Of a DNA stretch of 64,000 nt, positions 45,426 through 56,119 are shown one piece after another (within the stretch, counting starts at the first letter, position 1; the number at the start of each line of letters is the position of its first letter). The DNA lies in assembly GCA_003599275.1 (NCBI GenBank), contig QZJG01000057.1:6556-70555 (forward strand). Reading direction: 5' to 3'. Position numbers and translations under genes: made by a program. Below the pieces are notes generated by a model that did not search any database, was not told the DNA's origin, and worked only from the letters and a program-made list of their open reading frames with translations. This stretch comes from Nitrospiraceae bacterium (lineage in GTDB: Bacteria > Nitrospirota > Thermodesulfovibrionia > UBA6902).

Positions 45426-45873
45426 CGCCAAAACCTGCGCCCTGAAGCTTCTCGGTTACCGCTCCAGAAGCAAAAAGGAAATGCTCGAGCGCCTGAAGAG
45501 AAAAGGCTTCAGCAGCGAGCAGATAAACGATACCATCCGTTTTCTTGAGAAATCCGGCTTAATCAGTGACGAAAGCCTCGCATCTGAACTCTTAAGATAT
45601 TCAACAGAAAGAAAGCCTCTTGGGAAAAAAGGTATTGAGGCGTTTCTTGCCAGACGCGGCATTGATAAGGAGCTTATCGGCAGGACGCTGTCAACCCACA
45701 CAAAAGATATGGAAGAAGAATCCGCCAGGATATTGCTGGAAAAGAAAGCGAAAAGCCTGAGAAACTGTCCTGAGGACATTGCCAAACGCAGACTATGGGG
45801 AATACTCCGGCGACGGGGATTTTCAATGGATGTGATCAATAGAGCAGTTAAGTCAGTTATGTATTCAGAATGA
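45406..45873 (+). CDS. recX: Recombination regulator RecX
   Basis: Three repeated helical modules are present (ALKLLGYRSRSKKEMLERLKRKGF...). The gene overlaps the pilT 3' end by 20 nt. Confidence 0.85.
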   Translation: MRGSRADAKTCALKLLGYRSRSKKEMLERLKRKGFSSEQINDTIRFLEKSGLISDESLASELLRYSTERKPLGKKGIEAFLARRGIDKELIGRTLSTHTKDMEEESARILLEKKAKSLRNCPEDIAKRRLWGILRRRGFSMDVINRAVKSVMYSE

Positions 45874-45900
45874 GCTATCTCCTCCAACCTTAAAAAAGCA

Positions 45901-46046
45901 GTTAACCACCGGAGACACGGAGGCACCGAGTTGAAAAATAGAAGCAAAAGACCAAAACTTATCCTTCACCAACATGGGTGACACAACATTTTCCCGGAAT
46001 CCCTTTGTTTTCTCTGTGGCTCTGCGGTAAATGAACGTGCTTTTCA
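45901..46046. repeat. ~146-bp element, copy C (GTTAACCACCGGAGACACGGAGGCACCGAG...CTCTGTGGCTCTGCGGTAAATGAACGTGCTTTTCAG)
   Basis: By eye it is about 85% identical to copy D, which lies 433 bp downstream in the same orientation. Confidence 0.85.
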
Positions 46047-46333
46047 GTAAAAATACATTAAATCAATAAGTTACACATGCGGTAAATTCATATAACGTTC
46101 CTCGTGGAACATTTATTGGATTGGTCACTGGAAATAAACAATGCCTGCGCGTGCCAATGATTGACAAATTCTCGTTGACATTATTAAGACATTATTAACA
46201 CCTGTGGATATCTTTTCTCGTTGCCGCCTACGTGGGGAAGTGGGCTCCCGCTGTCCCTTGTTAATCAACCTGAACAAAGTACTTGTCCACAGATTGCGCA
46301 GATTATTACAGATTTATTAACCTAAAAAAAACA

Positions 46334-46478
46334 GTTAACCACGGAGATGCTGAGGCGCCGAGTTGAAAATAGTAAAAGACCAAAACTTATCCTTCGCCAC
46401 GGGGGGGTGACACAGCACTTTCCAGTACCCCCTTGTTTTCTCCGTGTCTCTGTGGTAAATGAATTGCCGTTTTTAGGT
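46334..46478. repeat. ~145-bp element, copy D, preceded by a CACAGAT-family arm (46278-46315)
   Basis: The sequence is GTTAACCACGGAGATGCTGAGGCGCCGAG...CTCCGTGTCTCTGTGGTAAATGAATTGCCGTTTTTAGGT. The right end also matches 24848-24897. Confidence 0.85.
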
Positions 46479-46643
46479 ATATTGGTTAACAGGCTCGCTA
46501 AGTGCGTCCCTCGCGATGTTCCACGGGGAACACTTATCTCAATGCCACCATTGAGATAAGTGAGAAAATTCACGGGTATTGATTGACTATATCTGTCTTG
46601 TTATACTACAACTGTCTTTATTAAGTTTCTCATTGAGGATAAG

Positions 46644-47645
46644 ATGCTGATTTTAGGAATAGATACGTCTTGTGATGATACTGCTGCCTCCGTTGTTGAG
46701 GATGGAAGCCGAATAATTTCGAATGTGGTCTCAAGCCAAAATGAAATCCACAAGAAACACGGGGGGATAGTCCCAGAACTGGCTTCAAGGAGACATCTTG
46801 AGATGATATTGCCTGTAGTTGATGAAGCACTTGCGAGGACAGGGATGCAGCTTGGTGATATTTCAGCCATTGCAGTGACTCGCGGTCCGGGACTTATAGG
46901 CTCTCTCCTCGTCGGGGTCTGTTTTGCCAAGGCCTTGTCTTTTATACATAGAATCCCGCTTGTGTCAGTCAACCACATCGAAGGCCATATATTTTCCATA
47001 TTTCTTGAGTCAGGGCCGGAATTCCCCTTTCTTGCACTTGTTGTATCCGGCGGGCATACAAGTATTTATAGAATAGACGGATTTCGGGAATACGTTGAGA
47101 TAGGCAGGACGAGAGATGACGCAGCAGGAGAAGCATATGATAAAGTTGCGAAGCTCCTCGGTTTTGGGTATCCGGGAGGTCCTGTCATTGATGCCTTGGC
47201 AGCGGATGGTAATCCGGGTGCTATCGCTTTCCCAAGAAAGGTTATACAGGGGAGTTTCGATTTCAGTTTTAGCGGATTAAAAACATCGGTATTGACTCAC
47301 CTTAAAAAATATCCTCATTCAAAAAAAGAAGATGTTGCGGCAAGCTTTCAATCTGCAGTGGTTGAAATTCTGTCAAAAAGGTTGATGGAAGTTGCCAAAG
47401 CGGAGGGGATAAAAAGGATAGTTCTCTCAGGCGGTGTGTCTGCAAACAGCAGCTTGAGAAGTTATGTAAAACAGAAGGCTTTGGACGAAGGAATCGAGGT
47501 TTATTTGCCATCGCTGAACTTGTGCACCGATAATGCAGCTATGATAGCGGCAGCGGGTTATGTTCACTTCATAAATGGGGACATGGCAGATTTCACTTTA
47601 AATCCGCAAGCATATATGCCACTTGGTGGGTCAGCCCACGGCTGA
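46644..47645 (+). CDS. tsaD: tRNA N6-adenosine threonylcarbamoyltransferase TsaD
   Basis: MLILGIDTSCDDTAA, the metal site VNHIEGH, SGGHT, and GGVSAN are present. Confidence 0.95.
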   Translation: MLILGIDTSCDDTAASVVEDGSRIISNVVSSQNEIHKKHGGIVPELASRRHLEMILPVVDEALARTGMQLGDISAIAVTRGPGLIGSLLVGVCFAKALSFIHRIPLVSVNHIEGHIFSIFLESGPEFPFLALVVSGGHTSIYRIDGFREYVEIGRTRDDAAGEAYDKVAKLLGFGYPGGPVIDALAADGNPGAIAFPRKVIQGSFDFSFSGLKTSVLTHLKKYPHSKKEDVAASFQSAVVEILSKRLMEVAKAEGIKRIVLSGGVSANSSLRSYVKQKALDEGIEVYLPSLNLCTDNAAMIAAAGYVHFINGDMADFTLNPQAYMPLGGSAHG

Positions 47646-47656
47646 TCTCGTAACTA

Positions 47657-47839
47657 TCACGTGCAATGCTTTTTAAAATGGGAACTGAGTTTAGCCACCC
47701 CCCGAAAGACTTCCCTGCATAAAGGACATATTAATTGTTTTTCTCTCAATTTGTTAGCATGTTTCTTAAAAAAGCATTTAAGCTTTGACGTCCCCTCTGT
47801 TTGTTGTTGGTCAGTGACTGTGTTATGTGCGCTTTTCAT
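47657..47839 (-). CDS. 60-aa protein with a classical C2H2 zinc-finger pattern
   Basis: CPLCREVFRGVAKLSSHFKKH fits C-X2-C-X3-F-X5-L-X2-H-X3-H exactly. The AAGGA Shine-Dalgarno sequence lies 7 nt upstream. The gene is 61 nt downstream of lspA on the same strand. Confidence 0.4.
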   Translation of the reverse strand: MKSAHNTVTDQQQTEGTSKLKCFFKKHANKLREKQLICPLCREVFRGVAKLSSHFKKHCT

Positions 47840-47900
47840 TTCTTATCCTTAAAAATAAATTTATTCATTAGTTATTAATCGGAACATTGCCTATTTTTCT

Positions 47901-48386
47901 TTAGGCTTTGCGGATATTAAAATTAGACCAAATGAATATTGCTATCCCGACTGTCAAGGCGGAATCAGCAACGTTGAAAGAAGGCCAATGCCACTTGCCT
48001 ATATAAAAATCTATAAAATCTATAACCTTACCTGAAATGAACCTGTCTATCAGATTTCCGGTTGCCCCGCCCAAAATAAGTGATAACGCATAAATCTCGG
48101 TTCCTTTTGCAGCTTTGTATGCATAAATCAGAATAGTCGTTATAGCGATAATTGAGATCGCTATGAAAAATCTGTTGTCAAGATTAGACATAATACCAAA
48201 GGCCGCGCCTTTATTCTCAACATGCACGATTCTCAAAAAAGGCAATACATCAATGTGTTCAAAGGGCGTTACGTTACTGACAATAAGCCTCTTTGTAATG
48301 TAATCGAAGAACACTACTGCCAAAGAGATAAAAGGTGTGATTATGTTTTTTTTCAATCGGTTAGCACGCTGCAACATTTTTTGCAC
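47901..48386 (-). CDS. lspA: Signal peptidase II (lipoprotein signal peptidase)
   Basis: There are four TM helices. The motifs N.GAAFG (NKGAAFG), GGA.GNL.DR and VVDFI-type (VIDFIDF), and FN.AD, are present. Confidence 0.9.
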   Translation of the reverse strand: MQKMLQRANRLKKNIITPFISLAVVFFDYITKRLIVSNVTPFEHIDVLPFLRIVHVENKGAAFGIMSNLDNRFFIAISIIAITTILIYAYKAAKGTEIYALSLILGGATGNLIDRFISGKVIDFIDFYIGKWHWPSFNVADSALTVGIAIFIWSNFNIRKA

Positions 48387-51160
48387 AACTCAGGGAACTG
48401 TTCAAATCTTCCAACACTGACATCCCAATTCCAGCATCTCTGACATTTGCTGCCCTCTGCCTTCTCTACAAAAATCGCAACTCCTTCAAGCTCCGCACTT
48501 CTAAATGCGGATTCGGGGACATCCGGACTTTTTGAGATATTTGCGGAAGAAACTATCAATAGTGTCGATAAAAAATCAATATATTTTTCAAGCAGATTAT
48601 AGGTTTCACCGCCAGTGAAAATGGTCACTTTGGACTCAAGTGCATTTCCGATAAATTTTTCCCGGCGTTTTATCTCCAGTGCCCTGTTCACCTCTTCGCG
48701 AATCTTTGCCAAATCTCCCCATCTTTTTTCCAGGTCCTTATCAATTAAATCTGAATTGGCCTCCGGAAAGCTGGACAGGAATATGCTTTCCTCTGACTTG
48801 CCGGGGATATGCCTCCATATCTCTTCCGCAGTAAAAGAAAGGATAGGCGCTACCATTTTCGTCAATGATATCAAAATATTATGTAAAACAAGCTGTGCGG
48901 CCCTTCTTTCTTTTGAATCGGGCTTAAATGTATAAAGCCGGTCCTTGAGAATGTCAAGATAAAAGGCGCTCATATCTGTCACGCAAAATCTATATACGGA
49001 ATGGAAGACATCATGAAATGCAAATGTTTCATATGCAATGCTGACCCTTTCAATCAGCCCTTGCAATATGCTGAGGGCATATCGGTCTATCTCGAGAAGG
49101 TCTTCATGCCTTAACTTGCCGGATCTTTCAATTCCGGGATCAAAATCATTTATATTGCCAAGCATAAATCTGCATGTGTTTCGTATCTTGCGATATGCCT
49201 CAACAAGACGATCCATGATTTCACCGGAAATTCGCATATCCTCCCTGTAGTCAGCAGATGAGGACCATAACCTCAGGATTTCAGCTCCATGTTTTTTCGT
49301 TATTTCCTGGGGAGATATGACATTTCCCAGGGATTTGGACATTTTTTTGCCCTGGCCGTCAACAACAAAGCCATGAGTAAGGACAGCTTTGTACGGTGCC
49401 CTGTCTCTGGTCCCAACTGAAGCAAGGAGAGAGCTCTGAAACCACCCTCTGTGTTGATCGCTGCCTTCAAGATAAAGGTCTGCAGGACTTGATAACCTTT
49501 GATCTGCCTCTAAAACCGCCGCAAAACTTACCCCGGAATCAAACCATACGTCTAATATGTCAATTTCTTTTTCAAACTCATTAGAACCGCACTTGGGACA
49601 TTTAAAATTTTCCGGGAGCAGTTCTGCCACCGTTTTCTCAAACCAGACATCGGCACCGGATGTAGCAACCTCATATTCTATCTTCTCCATTGCAGCCTTA
49701 TCAGTTACAAAGTCATTACACTTCGTGCATTTAAACAACGCTATGGGCACACCCCAGGAACGCTGTCTCGAAATACACCAGTCAGGCCTGTTCTCGACCA
49801 TGCCGTAAATCCTGTCCAGCCCCCATTTAGGGACCCATACTGTTTTTTTGATCTCTTCCAGAGCATTGCGTCTGAGATCATTTTTTTCCATCGAGATAAA
49901 CCATTGTTCCGTGGCCCTGAAGATCACTGGTTTTTTGCATCTCCAACAGTGAGGATAGGAATGGGTAATATTTTCAGGAGAGCCGAGTAGAGCGTTTAAC
50001 CCTTTGAGTTTATTGATTATTTCTATGTTTGCCTTAAATACATATTGTCCTGCAAATCCCGCGACATCTTCCGTAAAAATGCCCCGTTTATCAACAGGCG
50101 CATAGACCTCGATCCCATATTTCAAGCCAATTTCATAATCTTCTTCGCCATGCCCCGGCGCAGTATGAACTATTCCGGTTCCCTGCTCTAATGTTACGTG
50201 TTCGCCAAGAATGGTCCTGGATTCGCGATCGATCCATGGATGGACGCAGATAATGCCTTCAAGCTCAGAGCCTGACCATGCGTTTTCGGTAATTTTATAA
50301 TCGCCTTCGTTATAACCCATTTTTTCCATACAGGCCTTAATTAAATCCTGTGCAAGAACCAAATCTCCAACCGGTGTCTGAACAAGCCTGTAAATATATT
50401 GCGGATGTAATGCTAATGCCATATTGGCAGGTAGCGTCCAGGGAGTTGTTGTCCAGATGACGAAGTACGTGCCCGAAACGGCATTAAGCGTAAATTTCCC
50501 TCTCGGATCTTTGACCCTGAATTTCACATAAATCGAAGGAGATTCTTTATCGGCATATTCGACCTCTGCCTCAGCAAGGGCCGTAATACAGCTTGGACAC
50601 CAATGCACGGGCTTTTTACCTTTATAAACATAGCCTTTCCTTACAAAATTGTTGAATTCCCTGACGATAGATGCCTCATACGGAAAAGCCATTGTAATAT
50701 AAGGATTGTCCCAGTCGCCAAAGACCCCGAGGCGCTTAAATTCCTCGCGCTGAATATCCACAAATTTTGCAGCATATTCCCTGCATAACTTTCTCTTCTC
50801 GATTGTGGATGTTGTCTCTTTCTTTGAGCCGAGGTTTTTATCGACCTGATGCTCTATCGGCAACCCGTGGCAATCCCAACCGGGTACAAATGGCGAATAG
50901 GACCCTTTCATCGCTTTATATTTGATGATCATGTCCTTGAGAATTTTATTTAGCGCATGTCCCAGGTGGATATTGCCGTTAGCATATGGCGGCCCGTCAT
51001 GAAGGATGTAACTCTTTGTTTTATTTATATTTTGCATCTTGGGATAAATTTCATTTTTATCCCAAAAGGCAAGAAGCTCCAGCTCTTTTTGTGCCAGATT
51101 TGCCTTCATGGGGAAAGCGGTATCAGGGAGATTTAAAGTTGTCTTGTAATCGGTTGCCAT
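48353..51160 (-). CDS. ileS: Isoleucine--tRNA ligase
   Basis: I chose the start at MATDYKTTLNLPDTAFPMKANL (ATG at 51160). The HIGH motif (PYANGNIHLGH), KMSKS, and C-terminal zinc-binding cysteines (CQRCWNW...CKKC) are present. Confidence 0.97.
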   Translation of the reverse strand: MATDYKTTLNLPDTAFPMKANLAQKELELLAFWDKNEIYPKMQNINKTKSYILHDGPPYANGNIHLGHALNKILKDMIIKYKAMKGSYSPFVPGWDCHGLPIEHQVDKNLGSKKETTSTIEKRKLCREYAAKFVDIQREEFKRLGVFGDWDNPYITMAFPYEASIVREFNNFVRKGYVYKGKKPVHWCPSCITALAEAEVEYADKESPSIYVKFRVKDPRGKFTLNAVSGTYFVIWTTTPWTLPANMALALHPQYIYRLVQTPVGDLVLAQDLIKACMEKMGYNEGDYKITENAWSGSELEGIICVHPWIDRESRTILGEHVTLEQGTGIVHTAPGHGEEDYEIGLKYGIEVYAPVDKRGIFTEDVAGFAGQYVFKANIEIINKLKGLNALLGSPENITHSYPHCWRCKKPVIFRATEQWFISMEKNDLRRNALEEIKKTVWVPKWGLDRIYGMVENRPDWCISRQRSWGVPIALFKCTKCNDFVTDKAAMEKIEYEVATSGADVWFEKTVAELLPENFKCPKCGSNEFEKEIDILDVWFDSGVSFAAVLEADQRLSSPADLYLEGSDQHRGWFQSSLLASVGTRDRAPYKAVLTHGFVVDGQGKKMSKSLGNVISPQEITKKHGAEILRLWSSSADYREDMRISGEIMDRLVEAYRKIRNTCRFMLGNINDFDPGIERSGKLRHEDLLEIDRYALSILQGLIERVSIAYETFAFHDVFHSVYRFCVTDMSAFYLDILKDRLYTFKPDSKERRAAQLVLHNILISLTKMVAPILSFTAEEIWRHIPGKSEESIFLSSFPEANSDLIDKDLEKRWGDLAKIREEVNRALEIKRREKFIGNALESKVTIFTGGETYNLLEKYIDFLSTLLIVSSANISKSPDVPESAFRSAELEGVAIFVEKAEGSKCQRCWNWDVSVGRFEQFPELCKKCCSVLTD

Positions 51161-51486
51161 TTTATTTTTATCCAAAAGAAGAAATTTAATTATACCATTA
51201 TTATTTTTTAACGATATCGATAATTCCTTGAGCCTCCGGATCGTTCTAAATTGTATCATTGAAAAGAGAGATTCTGTTAACGGACTCAAAATTTAACATC
51301 ATTACTGCGTATGTGTCAAGAATTCGCTTAGCAATGCAAGACGACAACGCAAAGACTCCATTGATTTTTCATTTCATTTGGCTTACTCTTATATACGGAA
51401 TAAATTCCGGCTACACCGGATTATTTAATCGGAGCAGACATGGTCCAAAGACATCATATTATTGTGAACCGTGACCGGGTAACTAA

Positions 51487-52776
<1,290 letters not shown>

Positions 52777-52831
52777 GTTTAAAGAGTTATTGTGGTTGCG
52801 AGTAAACAGTTAATTCGTAAAACTTAAATTT

Positions 52832-52917
52832 GGAGGGGTGGCCGAGTGGTCGATGGCGGCGGTCTTGAAAACCGCAGGATGAAAGTCCCGTGGGTTCGAA
52901 TCCTACCCCCTCCGCCA
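52832..52917 (+). tRNA. tRNA-Ser (anticodon UGA), with encoded CCA
   Basis: The sequence is GGAGGGGTGGCCGAGTGGTCGATGGCGGCGGTCTTGAAAACCGCAGGATGAAAGTCCCGTGGGTTCGAATCCTACCCCCTCCGCCA. The acceptor stem GGAGGGG/CCCCTCC, the long variable arm, the T-loop GGTTCGAATCC, and the anticodon loop CT-TGA-AA are all present. Confidence 0.92.
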
Positions 52918-52934
52918 CTAAACTCTGTTTCGTA

Positions 52935-53252
52935 TCAGGCGTAGGAATTTACGTGAGATCCCTTTTCAAGGGTGTACTGGACTATCTCCCCTTTATGGTC
53001 ATATGTTTTTTCCACTCCGGACGGAGCAGGAAGATAGGTCTCCTTGCGAAGATCCGGAAGCTGAAATGACGGGCGTTTATTTTCAGACAAGGCCCTGCTG
53101 TATGGGGTCACATCAATGATCTCTTCCTGTTTTTGGGCATAATCCGGTCTTCCGTTGTCGGAATATTGGGCGTATGACCGAATATTATACGCTGTATGGC
53201 TGTTGCTCAGTTTGAAGAAATTTAAAAAATTAAAGTTGATTACTGTGGTCAT
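52935..53252 (-). CDS. Hypothetical protein (105 aa); weak call
   Basis: This is the only sizeable ORF in the 580-bp gap after tRNA-Ser. It has no convincing Shine-Dalgarno sequence and no motif I recognise. Confidence 0.3.
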   Translation of the reverse strand: MTTVINFNFLNFFKLSNSHTAYNIRSYAQYSDNGRPDYAQKQEEIIDVTPYSRALSENKRPSFQLPDLRKETYLPAPSGVEKTYDHKGEIVQYTLEKGSHVNSYA

Positions 53253-53500
53253 AATTTCTCAACTATGGCGTCAAACCAAGAGCCTATTAATGTGTCGTGA
53301 CCGGACACGAGAGGATGCAGCAAAGGTAATCTTTCTTTTAGCGAATTGCCGGAATGTAAATATCGTTTTCTCAGAGGTCATTTTTTCGTGTCCCGTTTTA
53401 ATGTCCTCCAGCCGAATACCAAAATAGTATACCAAGTTGCGGTAAAGAAATGAAACAGGAGAACGCCAAAATTGCATTTGAACAATTTTCTGTGGGATAA

Positions 53501-55993
53501 TTGAAAATGTCTTTAAACCTTGCTCGTTTTAAGAAACCCGCCAGATATGCAGGCAATGAAATCAATATAGTCAGAAAAGAAGACGCTTCTTCAGGAATTA
53601 AAGTGGCCCTTTGTTTTCCCGACGCGTATGAGATCGGGATGTCACACCTGGGGCTTAAGATACTTTATTCAATTATAAACAGCGTCCCTCAGGCCTCTGC
53701 CGAGCGTGTCTATGCGCCATGGGCGGACCTTGAAGCTTATCTCAGGAAAAATAACTTGCCGCTTACATCTCTTGAAAATAAGAGGCCGTTAAAGGACTTC
53801 GATATCGTCGGTTTCACACTTCAGTACGAACTATCGTATACCAATATCCTTAATATGCTTGATATGGGCGGCATTCCCTTAAAGGCCCGGGACCGTGGAG
53901 ACACTCATCCCCTTGTTATAGCGGGAGGCCCCTGCTCGGTAAACCCGCTTGCCCTCGAGCCTTTTATCGACGCGTTTGTTATAGGCGACGGAGAAGAAGT
54001 CATGTTAGAGATTATTGAAGCGGTCGGCGCTGAACGGTCGGCGATCGGGAAAAGGGAGGACCTGTTACAGGGTCTTTCAAAAATTGAAGGCGTTTATGTC
54101 CCCTTAGTCCACGGCGCCGGCAGGCAGAAAATAAAAAGAAGAATTGTTGAAGACCTCGACAAGGCCCCATATCCGGACGCGCCGGTTGTCCCCTTTGCCT
54201 CAATCGTGCATGACCGCGCGGCGATTGAGATAGCGAGAGGATGCACGAGGGGATGCCGTTTTTGCCAGGCCGGAATGATCTACAGACCCCGGCGAGAGAG
54301 GTCCCTCCAAAATGTCCTGTCATTGGCCGGGAGGTCCATCTCAAATACCGGCTATGAAGAAGTCTCTTTTACATCTCTGAGCACAGGTGATTACAGCGGT
54401 CTTTTGCCTCTAATCAGGGATTTCAACCGGATGTGCTCGGGCTCCCGCATTTCTGTTTCTCTTCCTTCGTTACGCGTAGGCTCGATAAACTCGGATGTGC
54501 TGAAAGAAATAAAAAGCGTCAGGAAGACCGGTTTCACCATTGCGCCGGAGGCAGGGACGGAAAGGCTCCGCTCCGTAATAAACAAAGATTTTACGGACGG
54601 AGAGTACGAAGAGACCTTGAAAAAGCTTTTTACCGCAGGGTGGAGGAATATAAAACTCTACTTTATGATCGGGCTTCCATCGGAGACCCTGGCAGACCTT
54701 GACGGAATCATCGATATGGCTGTAAGGGCGTCAAGAAGAGGCAGGGAAATCACCGGACGGGTCGTGAACGTCAATGTAGGGATCTCGGCCTTTGTGCCGA
54801 AACCGCATACCCCTTTTCAGTGGACCGGACAGTGCCGGACGGAAGAACTGCGGGAAAAGCAGGATTACCTTAAGAAGGCCTTCAAAAAAAGAAGGATCAA
54901 TTTCAAGGGGCAGCACGTCGAGCACAGCCTCCTTGAGGCGGTATTTTCGAGGGCAGGCATGGAATGCTCGCGGCTGTTAGAGGAGGCATGGAGGACAGGG
55001 TGTATTTTTGACGGGTGGTCCGAGATGTTTGATTTCGGGAAATGGCTTGCCGCTGCGGAAAAAACCGGCATCGATCTTTATGAATATGCATCCCGAAGTT
55101 TTTCCCTTGAAGAAGACCTGCCGTGGGATTTTATAGACACGGGCATAACAAGAGACTTTTTGAAACTGGAATATCAAAGGGCGTTAGATCAGAAGATCAC
55201 ATCTGACTGCCACAATGTCTGTCACGGCTGCGGACTGGAATGCAGAGATAGGGCAGAGGGCAGAGGGCAGAGGGCAGAAGGGGCCAGGGATGTGTCTCCC
55301 CCTTTGAAAAAAGGGGATGAAGGGGGATTTTTTCACAAAATCAATGTCCCCTCCAGCATGAGGGTCAGGTTTTCAAAGACGGGCGGGATGCGCTACCTTT
55401 CTCATCAGGAGCTGATGACAGCCATTTTACGGGCATTGAGACGGGCAGGGGCCCCCCTTGCCTACTCAGAGGGATTCCACCCTCACCCCAAAATCTCATT
55501 CGGCCCTGCCCTTGCCGCGGGCATTGAGGGCCTGAGCGAATATTTTGATATTGAGATGACCGTCCTGATGGATTCAACGGATTTCCTGGAAAGGTTAAAT
55601 TTCAAACTGCCTGAAGGGATAACGGCGCTGAATGCCGTCTTAATTTCCCCTAAGGAGCGGTCTTTAAATGACCTTGTTTCGCGCTATGAATATGAGATAA
55701 ATATTGACGGGGAATCCGGCGGCCCGATAGATTCATTTATGAAGCAGGAGAATTGCCTTGTACAGAGAGACGAGGCTGCAGTGGACATTCGGCCGATGGT
55801 GGAAAAGGCCGTTATCAGAAACAACGTCCTGCACCTTCAGCTTGTCGATACGGACAAGGTAAAGGTGAGATTGTATGAGATATTGAAGGGGATGCTTCAG
55901 AAGCCCGTTGAAGAAATACAGGAGTGCATGATAAAAAGGGTCGGCCTTTATGGTTATAATAGAGGTGCATGGACTGAACCGATTGAAAAATAG
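53501..55993 (+). CDS. B12-binding-domain radical SAM protein fused to a DUF2344-type radical-SAM-linked domain
   Basis: The N-terminal portion resembles what I recall as the TIGR03960 type (CTRGCRFCQAG cluster). The C-terminal ~210 aa starts at MRVRFSKTGGMRYLSHQELM...GFHPHPKISF, which resembles the TIGR03936/DUF2344 type. The two parts are joined by a 38-aa repeat-derived linker. The ATG at 53507 is a possible true start. Confidence 0.85.
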   Translation: MKMSLNLARFKKPARYAGNEINIVRKEDASSGIKVALCFPDAYEIGMSHLGLKILYSIINSVPQASAERVYAPWADLEAYLRKNNLPLTSLENKRPLKDFDIVGFTLQYELSYTNILNMLDMGGIPLKARDRGDTHPLVIAGGPCSVNPLALEPFIDAFVIGDGEEVMLEIIEAVGAERSAIGKREDLLQGLSKIEGVYVPLVHGAGRQKIKRRIVEDLDKAPYPDAPVVPFASIVHDRAAIEIARGCTRGCRFCQAGMIYRPRRERSLQNVLSLAGRSISNTGYEEVSFTSLSTGDYSGLLPLIRDFNRMCSGSRISVSLPSLRVGSINSDVLKEIKSVRKTGFTIAPEAGTERLRSVINKDFTDGEYEETLKKLFTAGWRNIKLYFMIGLPSETLADLDGIIDMAVRASRRGREITGRVVNVNVGISAFVPKPHTPFQWTGQCRTEELREKQDYLKKAFKKRRINFKGQHVEHSLLEAVFSRAGMECSRLLEEAWRTGCIFDGWSEMFDFGKWLAAAEKTGIDLYEYASRSFSLEEDLPWDFIDTGITRDFLKLEYQRALDQKITSDCHNVCHGCGLECRDRAEGRGQRAEGARDVSPPLKKGDEGGFFHKINVPSSMRVRFSKTGGMRYLSHQELMTAILRALRRAGAPLAYSEGFHPHPKISFGPALAAGIEGLSEYFDIEMTVLMDSTDFLERLNFKLPEGITALNAVLISPKERSLNDLVSRYEYEINIDGESGGPIDSFMKQENCLVQRDEAAVDIRPMVEKAVIRNNVLHLQLVDTDKVKVRLYEILKGMLQKPVEEIQECMIKRVGLYGYNRGAWTEPIEK

Positions 55994-56000
55994 AACGCAT

Positions 56001-56102
56001 TACCACAGAGGTCACAGAGAGAAAAGAACAGGGAGTGAGAAGTCGGGAATCATCAAGCTTTTTATTTTTCACTTCTTTTTACTCTGTGTTCTCTGTGGTT
56101 AA
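56001..56102. repeat. Hairpin repeat, CACAGAG family
   Basis: The sequence is TACCACAGAGGTCACAGAGAG...ACTCTGTGTTCTCTGTGGTTAA. It lies between the rSAM fusion gene and rng. Confidence 0.85.
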
Positions 56103-56119
56103 ATAAAGAAAAGTACATA

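Noticed and set aside
52918-53500. An integrated element or genomic island at tRNA-Ser.
   Set aside because: There is no integrase and no direct repeat of the tRNA 3' end. I saw only one weak 105-aa ORF before normal housekeeping genes resume.
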